This document shows, in pieces, positions 1-61,756 of a stretch of 64,000 nucleotides of DNA. Numbering within the stretch: position 1 is the stretch's first letter; the number at the start of each line of letters is the position of its first letter. This stretch comes from Octopus sinensis. Taxonomy: Eukaryota. Position numbers and translations under genes: made by a program. The notes beneath the pieces were generated by a model. That model was not told the DNA's origin. It worked only from the letters and a program-made list of their open reading frames with translations, and did not search any database. Where the stretch lies: contig NC_043014.1 in assembly GCF_006345805.1 (NCBI RefSeq), forward strand, positions 48,980,001 to 49,044,000, given 5' to 3'.

Positions 1-162
1 TAGGTAGGTATGATAGGCTAAATTTGGGCAGTTTGACTATAAAACTTGGAGATTATTTGGGCTGGGTGTGGCCAATTTAAATAGTAAAGGGTTAATTAAC
101 AATTTAAATTAACGCAAAAAGCATTTTTATTGTATTTTTTATTGTTTTAGTTTTGTATCTCT

Positions 163-390
163 CACCAACCGATCGTGGCCGTTGCCAGCCTCCCTGGAAC
201 TTGTGGCACGTAAAAAGCATCCACTACACTCATGGAGTGGTTGGCGTTAGGAAGGGCACCAAGCTGTAGAAACACTGCCAGATCAGACTGGAGCCTGGTG
301 CAGCTCCTGGCTTCCCAGACCCCGGTCGAACCGTCCAACCCATGCTAGCATGGAAAACGGATGTTAAACGACGATGATGATGATGATGAT
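163..390 (+). mobile_element. 5'-truncated RTE-type LINE 3' end
   Basis: Shared tail: GGTTGGCGTTAGGAAGGGCA...CCCATGCTAGCATGGAA...(GAT)n. Confidence 0.85.
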
Positions 391-590
391 TCTTCCTGTA
401 AAAATTTTGTTTTAATCTGAATAAATTTTACCTATTTCCAGGCATAAATGATGAATTGCCAAGTAAAAAAAAAATGCAAAACAAAAAAACAAACAAAAAC
501 GAATGAATTTATCTGACAGCCCAATATTTTATTTTAAAATTTCATTTTCTTCTCTTCAAACATTGCATGGACCAACAATTCTGTTTCAAG

Positions 591-704
591 ATTCAAGTTA
601 CATGTCAAAATTGTTCAGATTTGGATACAGCATCAGGTGACACCCTAAGCCCGTCCTCGGTTCTCGTCAATGACTTCTTCGAGAGTCTCAAAGAACAGAG
701 TTAG
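591..704 (+). CDS. Possible terminal coding exon of a convergent, unidentified gene: IQVTCQNCSDLDTASGDTLSPSSVLVNDFFESLKEQS*
   Basis: Non-repetitive, GC-richer island. Pyrimidine tract at 541-557, first downstream AG at 589-590, TAG at 702-704, AATAAA at 904-909. No recognisable homology. Confidence 0.3.
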   Translation: MQVTCQNCSDLDTASGDTLSPSSVLVNDFFESLKEQS

Positions 705-929
705 GAAGAGTTCAATGTCAAACAGGTGGTGTTACACAAGGAATTAGATTTGATCTTCAGGGATCAAAGACAAATTGTTTCGTAAGCACAACAGCGGGAG
801 TACCAACAAGTCAGAAGGCCAGGTCTAGAAAGGAGAAACTGTTTAACTCTATATAAACTGCAGTAATTCTTAATTGGTGCTTCAATTTATCAACGCAGGG
901 AACAATAAATGTAAACTGAATCCCCAGTT

Positions 930-1930
930 GTATTAGTAGTAGTAGTAGTGATAACAGCAATGATTCTCATTTTGACACAAGGCAGGTCATTTTGAGAAGA
1001 GGGAGCAAGTTGATAACACTGACCCCAGTACTCAACTGGTATGTACTTTATTTTTATAGACCCAATAAGGATGAAAAGCAAAATTTATCTTGGCAGAATT
1101 TGAACCCGGCGTGTTAAGAGCATTAAGTGGTGCCAAGTATTTTGTTTGAGTTGCTAACAATTCTACCAGCTTGCTAGTAAAATTGTTAGCATCAATAATG
1201 GTTTTGTAGTACCAATAATGGTTTGTAGTACCAACAATGGCTTTGAATTTTGGCATAAGGCCAGCAATTCAAGGGAGGGGGTAAGTCAATTACATCTACC
1301 CCATAACTAACCTCAGTGGAATTTGAACTCAGAACATAAAGATGGATAAAATACCTATTTCTTTATTGCCCACAAGGGGCTAAACATAGAGGGGAAAAAC
1401 AAGGACAGACAAAGGGATTAAGTCAATTAGATCGACCCCCAGTGCATAACTGGTACTTTTTTCATTCACCCCGAAAGGATGAAAGGCAAAGTTGACCACA
1501 GTGGAATTTGAACTCAGAATGTAAGGACGGACAAAATACTGTCCAGCATATTAATAAGTCTTCCAGCTCACCACCTTAATAATAACAATAATTTCAAATT
1601 TAGCCACAAAGGAAGTAATTTTGGGGGGAGGGGACAAATCGAGTACATCAGTCCCAGTCTTCAACAGGTACTTATTTTATCGACCCTGAAAGGATGAAAA
1701 GCAAAATCAGCCACAGCGGAATTTGAACTCAGAACATAAGGACAAAATACCGCTAAGCATTTCGCCCAGGGTGCCAATGGTTCACCAGCTTGCTGCCTTA
1801 ATAATAATAATAATAATTCCTACTTACAAATGCACAAGGCCACAATTATTGCTAGGTAGGGGCTGTAGCTAATTTTGTCTTGGGTGCCACTTTATTTTCT
1901 TAATGAAAGGATAAACTACAAAATTTAACT
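930..1930 (-). mobile_element. Cluster of about 4-5 tRNA-derived SINEs (family A and tail variants)
   Basis: Repeated ACTGGTAC...GAAAGGATGAAAGGCAAAG...GAATTTGAACTCAGAA cores separated by (AAT)n. Confidence 0.8.
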
Positions 1931-2037
1931 CGGTGCAAGCTTTGACTTTGAATATAACTTTTATATATTTCCTGTGTATAAAGCCAGACATGCACAGAAG
2001 TATATATGTGAGTGTACATATATGTATACACACACAC

Positions 2038-2068
<31 letters not shown>

Positions 2069-2439
2069 ATCAGACTCTGAAGAAACCTATGTTAGCCTGT
2101 GTCAGTAAAATTTGTATTATTTAGTAAAATCAATCAAAAGAGTACGACAAACTTGGTGTGGGAAATGGAAAAAAAACATCCAGTGTTTTGGACAATTCCT
2201 CATTCAGGAAAAAGTTGAAAGGAGAAAAATTAATGAGAGAAACCAAAATCGTACATTCTCTAAGTTGGAAAAATTTATAGATCACAAAACTATCATTTTC
2301 CTATACAGAAGGACTGTCCAAAACAGATTTTCCACTCCCCCTGCTAAGTTCACTCCATGTTTTTTTTATTATTAATACATACATGATACACACACACACA
2401 CATATATATATATAAATAAAATAAAGAAGTCCTGATCTT

Positions 2440-2915
2440 TAATTGTGAAGGAAACTTGAGGAAGGAGGTAGACTCAGGAAGACATGGGACAAAGTGGTAA
2501 GAAAGGACCTTCATGTGTTGGGCCTCACAGTGGAGGTGACAGGAGACCAAGACATTTGGTTGCATGCTATGCTTGGGAAGACATGTCAAGCTCAATAAAA
2601 CTGTGGCTGTCCATACATACAGGTATGTCCTCTACATCCTTCTCTCAGGCAAGAGGCCCTTCTTTTCAGGGCTTGCGGGTGCTGATGTCAGGTAAAAGCA
2701 TTTGTTAGTGCCACACAAAAGCACCCATGGCAGTGTCAAGTAAAAGCACTTGTGCCGTAAAAGCACCCAGTACACTTTGTGAAGTGGTTGGCATTATTAA
2801 GAAGGGTATCCAACTGTAGAAATCATGGCAAAATAGACAACTGGGACCTAGGCAGCTCCCTGCAAACTGTCTAACCCATGCCAGCAGGGAAAGCAGATGT
2901 TAAATGATAATGATA
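2440..2915 (+). mobile_element. Degenerate RTE LINE 3' fragment including the ORF C-terminus
   Basis: Translates GGRLRKTWDKVVRKDLHVLGLTVEVTGDQDIWLHAMLGKTCQAQ*, an RTE-type C-terminal pattern, followed by the shared 3' tail. Confidence 0.75.
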
Positions 2916-3106
2916 TATATATATATATATATAATAATAATATTAGGGAGTAAATCCAAACTTACAGGGAAAAATTAGATTTAGGATTAAATCTAATTTT
3001 ATAGTATAAATATATATATTAAATTAGAGATAAAACCACTATTCAGCAAATCTATGTATTGGTTTATGATTTTCACTGATTTGCCGAATAGTGGTTTTAT
3101 CTCTAA

Positions 3107-3161
<55 letters not shown>

Positions 3162-3960
3162 TATATATATCCACTTGAAAAGCAAATACAACACAGTACA
3201 TAGCTACTTGATAGACAGAAGAGTGGGAGGGTGTTAAATATTTCTTTTTAACTTTGACAAAGCAATCTTGAAAAATGGAAAGAAAAAGTAGTAATCAAGT
3301 GGTCCCAGGTTCAGTTCCACTGCACAGTCCCTAGGGCAGGTGTCATCCATAGCCATGGGCTGACTGATGCCTAGTGAGTGAATTTGGTAGATGTAAACTG
3401 GAAGCCCGTTGTATATACATGTTTGCCCCCACCCCACCTACCAGCTGTTAATTCTTTACACCCCTGTAACTTAGCTGTCCAGCAAAAGTGACCAAGGGAC
3501 TAAGTACCAGAAATCAAAAACAAAAAAAAAAAAAAAGTCCTGGGGGTCAATTTGAGTAAACTCAAGGCAGTGCCCAGCATGGTTGCAATCCAATGATTAA
3601 AACAAGTAAAAAGATATGTTAAAAAAATCAAAAAAAATCCCAGTTTTGTTCCCTGCCCCTTTCCTGAAAGTTAATACTCATAATTGTTTTTATTAATTAA
3701 CCAATTCTATTAAAATCTCATTAGGCGATTCGTTATAATGAACAACTGAAATTAAAAAGTATTTTGGCCGTTTGTTGAATTCTCTTTTATTTCAATTTTA
3801 TTAATTCATTAAGCTGTAAACGACATCAATAAATCAATCACATTGAAATAGCATTGATCGTCCAACATAAAATATATAACAACTAGTAAAAGACAAGCTG
3901 GAATTAGATTTGAGATTTGTTTGTTTTTTTTACATTTATACCTGCCAAATTAAGAAAATA

Positions 3961-5570
3961 ATAATAATAATAATAATCCTTACTACTATAGGCAGAAGGC
4001 CTGAAATTTGCAGGGGAGAGGGGATAGTCAAATTTTATCGACCCCAGTGCTCAACTGGTACTTATATTATCGACCTGTAAAGATGAAAGGCAAAGTCGAC
4101 TTTGGCAGAATTTGAACTCAGAATGCAAAGATGGATGAAATACTGCTAAGCATTTTATCCAGCATGCTACTGATTCTGCCAACTTGCTGCCAATAATAAT
4201 AATAATAATAATAATAATAATCCTTTCTACTATAGGTACAAGATCTGAAATTTGTGGGGAGGGGAGGGGAATAGTCGATTACATTGATCTTGGTAGTTAA
4301 CTGGTACTTAATTTATCAACCCTGAAAGGATGAATGGCAAAGTCGACCTCGGTGGAATTTGAACTCAGAATGTAGCAACAGGTGAAATGCTGCTTATTGC
4401 CAGTGTGCTAACGATTCTGCCAGCTCACCACGCTATATCATAATCATAATAATAATAATGGTTTCAAATTTTGCCACAAGGGCAGCGATTTTTGGGGAAG
4501 TGGATGAGTCGATTACATTGACCCCAGTGTTCAACTGGTACTTATTTTATCGACCCTGAAAGGATGAAAGGCAAAGTCGACCTCAGTGGAATTTGAACTC
4601 AGAACGTAGAGACGGACAAAATACCAAGCATTTCACCCAGCATGCTAACAATTCTGCCAGCTCACCACCTTTATTAATAATAATAGAAATGATGATGATA
4701 ATAAATAATGTTAATTTTTGTGGGGACAAAGGTCAGCAAATTTGAAGGGATGGGGTGAGTTGGTTTCATCAACTTCCTTATTTGACTGGTACTTTATTTT
4801 ATCAATCTCGAAAAAGGTGAAAGGCAAAGTTTACCTCGGCAGAATTTGAACTCAGAATGTAAAGAATCAGAAGAAATACTGCTAAGCATTTTGATGCGCA
4901 ACCGATTCTGCCAGCTCACCATTTTAACAAGAATAGTTCTAATGTAGGAACAAGGCCTGCAATTTTAAGGGGAGGGGAAAGTCGATTACATCAACCCCAG
5001 TGGTCAACCCAGAAAGGATGAAAGACAACATTGGCCTTGCAGGATTTGAACTCTGAATGTCAAGCCACTGGGTATATCGTCTGGCATACTAATGGTTCTG
5101 CCAACTTCCCATTTTAATAATAATAATAATAATAATGATAGTTTCAAATTTTGGCACAAGGCCAGCATGTTTGGGGGAGGAGGCAAGTTGAGTACATCAA
5201 CCCCAGTGTACAACTGGTACTTATTGCATCAACCCAGAAAGGATGAAAAGCAAAGTTGGCCTTGCAGGATTTGAACCCTGAATGTCAAGCCACTGGGTAT
5301 ATCGTCTGGCATACTAATGGTTCAGCCAGTTTCCCATTTTAATAATAATAATGGTTTCAAATTTTGGCACAAGGCCAGCAAATTTGGGGGAGGAGGCAAG
5401 TTGAGTACATCGACCCCAGTGTATTACTGGTACTTATTTTATCAACCCCAAAAGCATGAAAGGCTGAGCTGACCTCGGTGGAATTTGAGCTCAGAACGTA
5501 GAAACAGACAAAATGCCACTAAGCATTTCACCTGGCATGCTAACGACTCTGCCAGCTTGCTGCCTTAATA
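3961..5570 (-). mobile_element. Head-to-tail array of 7 tRNA-derived SINEs (family A tail variants)
   Basis: Seven consecutive copies of about 220-245 bp in the same orientation, joined by (AAT)n. Confidence 0.85.
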
Positions 5571-7550
5571 ATAAGAATAGTAATTAGTTAAAGAAAAAAA
5601 AAAAAATGTCCATTACATTGCATTGTTTTCTTTCAAAATTCCACTAGATTCTAAAGAGAAGCTCAAATTAAATAGAGAGGCCTTAACAGGATGATAAAAA
5701 AAAAAAAAGAATCTTAAATTATTAGAAAAATAGAGCATTCTTCACAACTAAATCTTTTTAACATTTTTTTAATTTCGATTTTCTTTTTGAAAATAAATAA
5801 TTTGCCCAAGAAATAAAAACATTTTTTTTTTTAAATTGTTTTTTTATTTATTAAATACACATTAAGATGAAAAATTGAGGAAAAAAAAAAAAAAAAAAAA
5901 ACTAAAACACTTAATGTAGTAACAGGAGATATTTAAACTGAAAGATTTGACTAAGTAAATATCAAAGCCGACTTCAAGCACTGTCAATGATTCTGTTAGC
6001 ATCCTACAAACATTTGTTTTAAATTAACAGAAGGCTGGAGTAAAAGAGCTTCTTTGTGTGGCTGCTGGACTTAAATAGAAACAGGCTTATTATTATTATT
6101 ATTTAGGTTTGCAGATGAACAAAAGATGTAGAAGAAGTGATTTAGATCAAGATTAGGTTATGGTGCAGTACAAATTACATTGAAAGGGGTCGGAGGAATT
6201 TTTCTTTTTTTTTTTTTAAAGGAGACAGCGAGTAAAAAGGGGGCTGATAATGAAATTTAGAAAGCTAATGTTACATTAAATAACATGGTTTATATATATA
6301 TATATATATTTTTTCAATTTCATTTTATTTGAGGTTCCTGATCCTCAAATAAAACCACCCCAAAATCGAATTTTTTTTTCCAGTAAATTTTCTCTGATGA
6401 ACAAAAAAAAAAAAAAAAAATTCAGAGAAAGGTTAGTTTTACCTGTCTGTGTGTCTAAGAGCTGAATGTATTTTAGAGTCTTATATAAAGCTGAGATTAG
6501 CAATTAATCTAATTAATCTTTGTTGCTGTTTGCTGTTTTTGTTGTGATTTCTCTCACACTTGATATAGTTGTAGAAAAAAAAGATCTGAGGAAGGAGGGG
6601 TGGGCGAGGGGGGAAATCTGTCGACAAATGAAGCAGGAAAACAAAATGTTTAGCTTTTCACAAATTACAAAAATAAAAGTGAGGCAGGAGAGAGAGAGAG
6701 AGAGAGAGAGAAGGGGAAAGACAAAGGGAAGGTGAGAGAGTGAGAGAGAAAAGAGACTGTGATGGGTTGTTAGGATGGGAGCAGACAGTTTGTAGGTTTT
6801 ATTTTTTTCGATAAGGAAATTTGCCTGAGAAGAGCATGGAATGAGCAGTTTTTGAAGAGTAGTAGTAATAATAATAATAATATTAATAATAATAATAATA
6901 AGATTGATGAGGAAAACAAAGGAAATGATGGTTCGTAGTTAAACAATGAATAAATTATTGAATATTCATCACCGATCAACCAAGCAGCACCTTGAACGGT
7001 ACTAGACAGAAATCAATCACCACAGTGGGTTAGCACTGCAGACTATAACAAACAGAAGAGAAGGTATTACACACACACATACACACACACACACAGATGT
7101 ATATATGTATGTGTGTATAATGTGGGTGAAAGAGAGGGCAAGGCCAATGCAGAGAGAGGGAGGAACACCGTCATGACCGACAGAGTCTTGCCCAGTTCAG
7201 TGTACAAAACAAAAACATAACTACAAAATAAACAGTTCGTCTATATTACTACATTGAATATTTTAAAAAATCTTTTTTTTTCTTTATTTTAAAATAAAAT
7301 TAAAAAAAAAAAAACAAGGTTTTTAGAGAAACAAACAGAAAAAAAAAGACAATAGTTGTTATTGTTTCTCATTTGTTTTGTTTTGTTATTTTTTGTTGTT
7401 TTTTTTTAAATATTACACTTCATTTTTTTTTTATCTCCATGGAAGTTCCTTTTTAATATTACCATGGTAACAAATTTAAATAAAGGGAAATCCATCAAAG
7501 CACAACACCCCTTGGAGGGGGGAAAAAAAACAAAAAAAAAAAAACCAGTC

Positions 7551-56797
<49,247 letters not shown>

Positions 56798-57104
56798 CTG
56801 AAATTATAAAGTAAAAGATTGTATGCCAGTCATGCCATCAACTCTGCAAAAGAATTGGATAAGAAACAGCGAAATAATGCAACAGTTTTGATGTCTTAAT
56901 TGAAAGAAATATATTTTGAATTTTGCTATATACTGGGACAATTGTTATGCCAATAACCTAAATATGCTAGGGAAGCAAGTTGGCAGAATTGTTAGCACAC
57001 CGAGCAAAATACTTAGCAGCATTTCATCTGTCTTTACATTCAGAGTTCAAATTCTGCTGAGGTCGACTTTGCCTTTCATCCATTTGGGGTCAATAAAGTA
57101 AGTA

Positions 57105-57340
57105 CCTATTTCTTTATTACCCACAAGGGGCTAAACACAGAGGGGACAAACAAGGACAGACATAGGTATTAAGTTGATTACATCGACCCCAGTGCGTAAC
57201 TGGTACTTAATTTATCGACCCTGAAAGGATGAAAGGCAAAGTCGACCTCGGCGGAATTTGAACTCAGAACGTAACGGCAGACGAAATACCGCTAGGCATT
57301 TCACCTGGCGTGCTAACGTTTCTGCCAGCTCGCCGCCTTA
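57105..57340 (-). mobile_element. SINE A inserted antisense into an older SINE A variant (56967-57400)
   Basis: CAATAAAGTA at 57091-57100 and 57344-57353; the host sequence resumes after the insert. Confidence 0.85.
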
Positions 57341-59221
57341 CTTCAATAAAGTACCAGTTGGACACTGGTGTCAATGTAATCAACTTACGCCTACTCTGAA
57401 ATTACTGAATACTAATCGGTTAAAAAAAAAAAAGGGCCTCACCATAATATTGTGTTTTACTGAACATGTCAATAGTGATTTCAAATTTTGGCACAAAGCC
57501 AGCAATTTTGGGGGGGAGGGACTAAGTCAATTACATTGACCCCAGTGCTCAACTGGTTTCTTCTTTTACTGACCCCCCAACAGGATGAAAGGCAAAGTTG
57601 ACCTCAGCAGAATTTGAACTCAGAACATGCTGCTAAACATTTTGTCCAGTATGCTAGTGCTTCTGCCAGCTCACCACCTCTGGACATGTCAATATTGCAA
57701 ACATTTTCTACTGTGTATTGACAAAACAATGTCTCTCACTCTCTTAATGAACCAGAAGTTAATGACGACATTAATAATAGCCTACTCTGGCTTTATTAAC
57801 GAGAAGCGGAAAGATAAACAAGCCAAAAAAAGAACACCAGTTTTAATTAATGAGATGTTGGCCATCGTACAGAACTTTCCAAGGATAATGAAGTCAGTCA
57901 TTCCGTTTGTGTTGAGATGAAACAAAACAAGTGTGAGTGACAAGGGAAATATGAACTCACAACCCATGGATCAGAATGCTACCCACATTGTGCGAATGTA
58001 AAAAGGACTGATCGATCAAAACCCTAATTAAAGGAATTCAAACCTTGGTCATTTTAACCCTCAGACTACATTATGCAAATATATTTTACAACACAGTAGA
58101 ATGTAGTTTGAGGGAGGTTTAGTTGCTACATCTTGCATGTAGAGACATTTCTTGGAACCTCGTTTTTTTGTAGACCCTTTCCTCAAACCAGCTCCCTCTG
58201 TAATGTTACCAAAATATTTCCAATCTGCTATTAAATCTCCCTCCTTTTCATCTATAATGATACTAGTTTCCAAACTAACCCATACCCATTACAATAACTG
58301 ATATCATTTGTCAGAACGTCCCTGTATCTAACCAAGGGACTTCTCACCTTCCTCAGTTCTGCTGTGTTTCAACATCAGACAAAGTAATTTGATCTGTGAT
58401 CAACAAAGAGGGAAGGTGGGGGATTGTAAATCAGCTGTACTTTCCAGGTTTTAATTATATAACTATGTTGTATTAGTCACACAGTACTAGGAAATAACTA
58501 AAGAGGAATAAAAATACACTGCAGATAAACAAGGTGGGAGAAAGAAATAGTGCTAACTTCTCTGATTTCCTAACAATCAGGTGAGAAGTCTGGTTAAAGC
58601 AATGGGGCTAAGTCACAACATGATTCATTAATTACTAGAAGCGCAATCCAGTTGAAGCATTTCGTGACAAGGAAAAAAAAATCCAAAAATTGGATTTATA
58701 TACATACTCTTGACTCACCTCAAAAAAATAAATAAACAGAGTGGGAACACTAAATAGTCACTTGACCTATTGTAAGAAACAACCAAATCTCCTCAAATCA
58801 CAACCTATTGTCTTAAAACAGGAAGGTCACAGTTGTATACTCAAGTCTGAAAGTGGGATGGTTGAGGGAATGTTTTCAATAATAAGTTTGCTCAGTCAAG
58901 CCTGACCTAGAGCTAACTACAATATAACAAATATGTATATAATTGAGGAAGTAACTTTAACTGAGACAACCTGTCCAACTCATACTGGCATGGAAAATAG
59001 ATACTCTTTTACTCTTTTACTTGTTTCAGTCATTTGACTGCGGCCATGCTAGAGCAACGCCTTTAATCGAGCAACTCGACCCCGAGACTTATTCCTTTGT
59101 AAGCCCATACTTATCCTATCGGTCTCTTTTGCCGAACCGCCAAGTAACGGGGACATAAACACCCCAGCATCGATTGTCAAGCAATGCTAGGGGGACAAAC
59201 ACAGACGCACAAACACACACA

Positions 59222-59260
<39 letters not shown>

Positions 59261-59914
59261 GACGGGCTTCTTTCAGTTTCCGTCTACCAAATCCACTCAC
59301 AAGGCATTGGTCGGCCCGAGGCTATAGTAGAAGACACTTGCCCACGGTGGGACTAAACCCAGAACCATGTGGTTGGTAAACAAGCTACCTACCACACAGC
59401 CACTCCTATAATAATAATAATATGATGATGAGGATTATAAACACCAAAAGGGGACAACTGTAAGAACTTATAAATATACTATTCAATACTTTGAAACCCA
59501 ATATATACTTGGAGCAAAGACCAAACTTTGGTATTTTTCAGAGGAATCTGTAAGAAGATTATTACTATCCTATATGAAAATTACTGGCTAGATTCAGTCT
59601 GGACAAATGAATTGAGGTTAAGCATGACACAGGCCATGATAAAAATAACAACAGTTGCAATACAAACATTAAGTATAGAGTGAATAGTCTCATCACAGAC
59701 AATAATAAATCACTAACAGACAGGAGATTAAGTCAGCAAAATAATGAGAGAGGACAATGGCCATTAAAATTAAATCTTCTTTATTTATAAGTGATGTAGC
59801 TTTAGAAACTGTGTTGGTAGAGACTAGTAAGAGTTCAATCCCTAGGAACAATTATGAAAGGATGATATGTGAAGTGTTTGGTAAAATATTACCAAGAGTG
59901 TAAGATGGATGTTC

Positions 59915-60824
59915 TAAATCGATCATGAGAATCAAAATCGATCAACATCAATGGAAATTGCAGCTGTGATACCAGTGCCGGTGGTATGTAAGAGAACCAT
60001 CCGTGGCCATTGCCAGCGCCGCCCCAACTGGCCTCGTGCCGGTGGCACGTAAAAAGCACCATCCGATCGTGGCCGTTTGCCAGACTCGTCTGGCACCTGT
60101 GCGGGTGGCACGTAAAAAGCACCCACTACACTCACGGAGTGGTTGGCGTTAGGAAGGGCATCCAGCCGTAGAAACATTGCCAGATCAGACTGGGCCTGGT
60201 GCAGCCATCTGGTTCACCAGTCCTCTGTCAAACCGTCCAACCCATGCTAGCATGGAAAGCAGACGTTAAACGATGATGATGATGATGATATTATAGGATA
60301 ACAAATCAAAATAGATGAACATCAATGGAATTTGTATCTTTGTGGTACCAGTGCCGGTGGCACACAAGAAAACCATCCGAACGTGGCCGTAGCCAGTACC
60401 GCATCGACTGGCCTCCGTGCTGTGGGCACGTAACAAACACCATCCGATCGTGGACGTTCGCCAGCCTCATCTGGCACCTGTGTCGGTGGCACATAAAAAC
60501 ACCATCCGAGCGAGGCCGTCTGCCAGCCTCGTCTGGCACCTGTCGGTGGCACATAAAAAACACCATCCAAGCGTGCTGTGTCGGTGGCACATAAAAAGCA
60601 CCATCTGAGCGTGGCCGTTCGCCAGCCTCGTCTGGCACCTGTGTCGGTAGCACATAAAATCACCCACTACACTCTCGGAGTGGTTGGCGTTAGGAAGGGC
60701 ATCCAGCCGTAGAAACACTGCTAGATCAGACTGGGCCTGGTGCAGCCTTCTGGCTTCCCAGACCCCAGTTGAACCGTCCAACCCATGCTAGCATGGAAAG
60801 CGGACATTAAACGATGATGATGAT
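59915..60824 (+). mobile_element. Two adjacent RTE 3' ends with UTR unit arrays
   Basis: Tails end at about 60290 and 60824, both followed by AT(T/C)ATAGGATA. Confidence 0.85.
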
Positions 60825-61710
60825 ATCATAGGATAGGTGTGAGAGGCCAGATCTAGCCAGTATGAACATAAAAACATGTAGAATGTTTGGGCATGATATG
60901 GCCAGTTTAAATGCTAATGGGTTAATGCAGTGGTTCACAACCACTTTTACTTATGAACTACTTCAATTCCTATTTTACTCATGCGGACCCTCAGTCAACT
61001 GATGTTTAAAAAATCCAATTATATTTTTAGAAACAAATTTTAGGAATTGTACCAAAAAAAATTGTTAAAATACTTTGTGGGTTGTAGAACTTTAATCCTT
61101 TTGATACTAACCTGGATGAAAGTGCCTCTGGCTCTGTAGTACAAATGTTTTGTTTTCAAAAGTTCTGAATTAAAATCTTCCACAAAACCTTAGTCACAAT
61201 TTATGTTCCCTAACACTAGCTTAATAATAATGAAGTTATTTTACTAAACTCTTTGTAATATTTAAAATTGATTGAAAGAAACACATCTCAACAGAAATAT
61301 GGTAACGAAAGGGCTAACCAGTTTATTGAACAGAAACATTTTAGCAACAACATATGTGGACCCCCAAAGGTCATATAGCTTAGCAGTAAAAGGACAACCA
61401 TGACTATTGAGAAAAAGTTACCCTCTGACTGGGGACCAGGCCTGAGTGTTGAAGCGCCCCAAAGACCAGGTGACTGTGTTCAACTACAACTAAGATAGTA
61501 CTTGAAGTAAAAGTTTTAGGAATAAGGAATTCAAGCTAAAACTAAATCATTTTTGAAGAATTACTTTTCAAAATACTGGCATTATTTTTTTTTAAAAGTA
61601 AAAACATAAGGTCAAAAATGACCTAACTTAGAATGACATAAGTTGAGGTATTTATTATATATTTCAGAAATGCATAACATATGTGCATGTGTGCACATAT
61701 TTGCATGTAA

Positions 61711-61756
<46 letters not shown>

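Noticed and set aside
60927-61345. hAT/Charlie-like MITE (CAGTGGTTCACAACC...GGACCCCC)
   Set aside because: Only one plausible TIR, no TSD, and interrupted by a MITE F copy; too degenerate to call.
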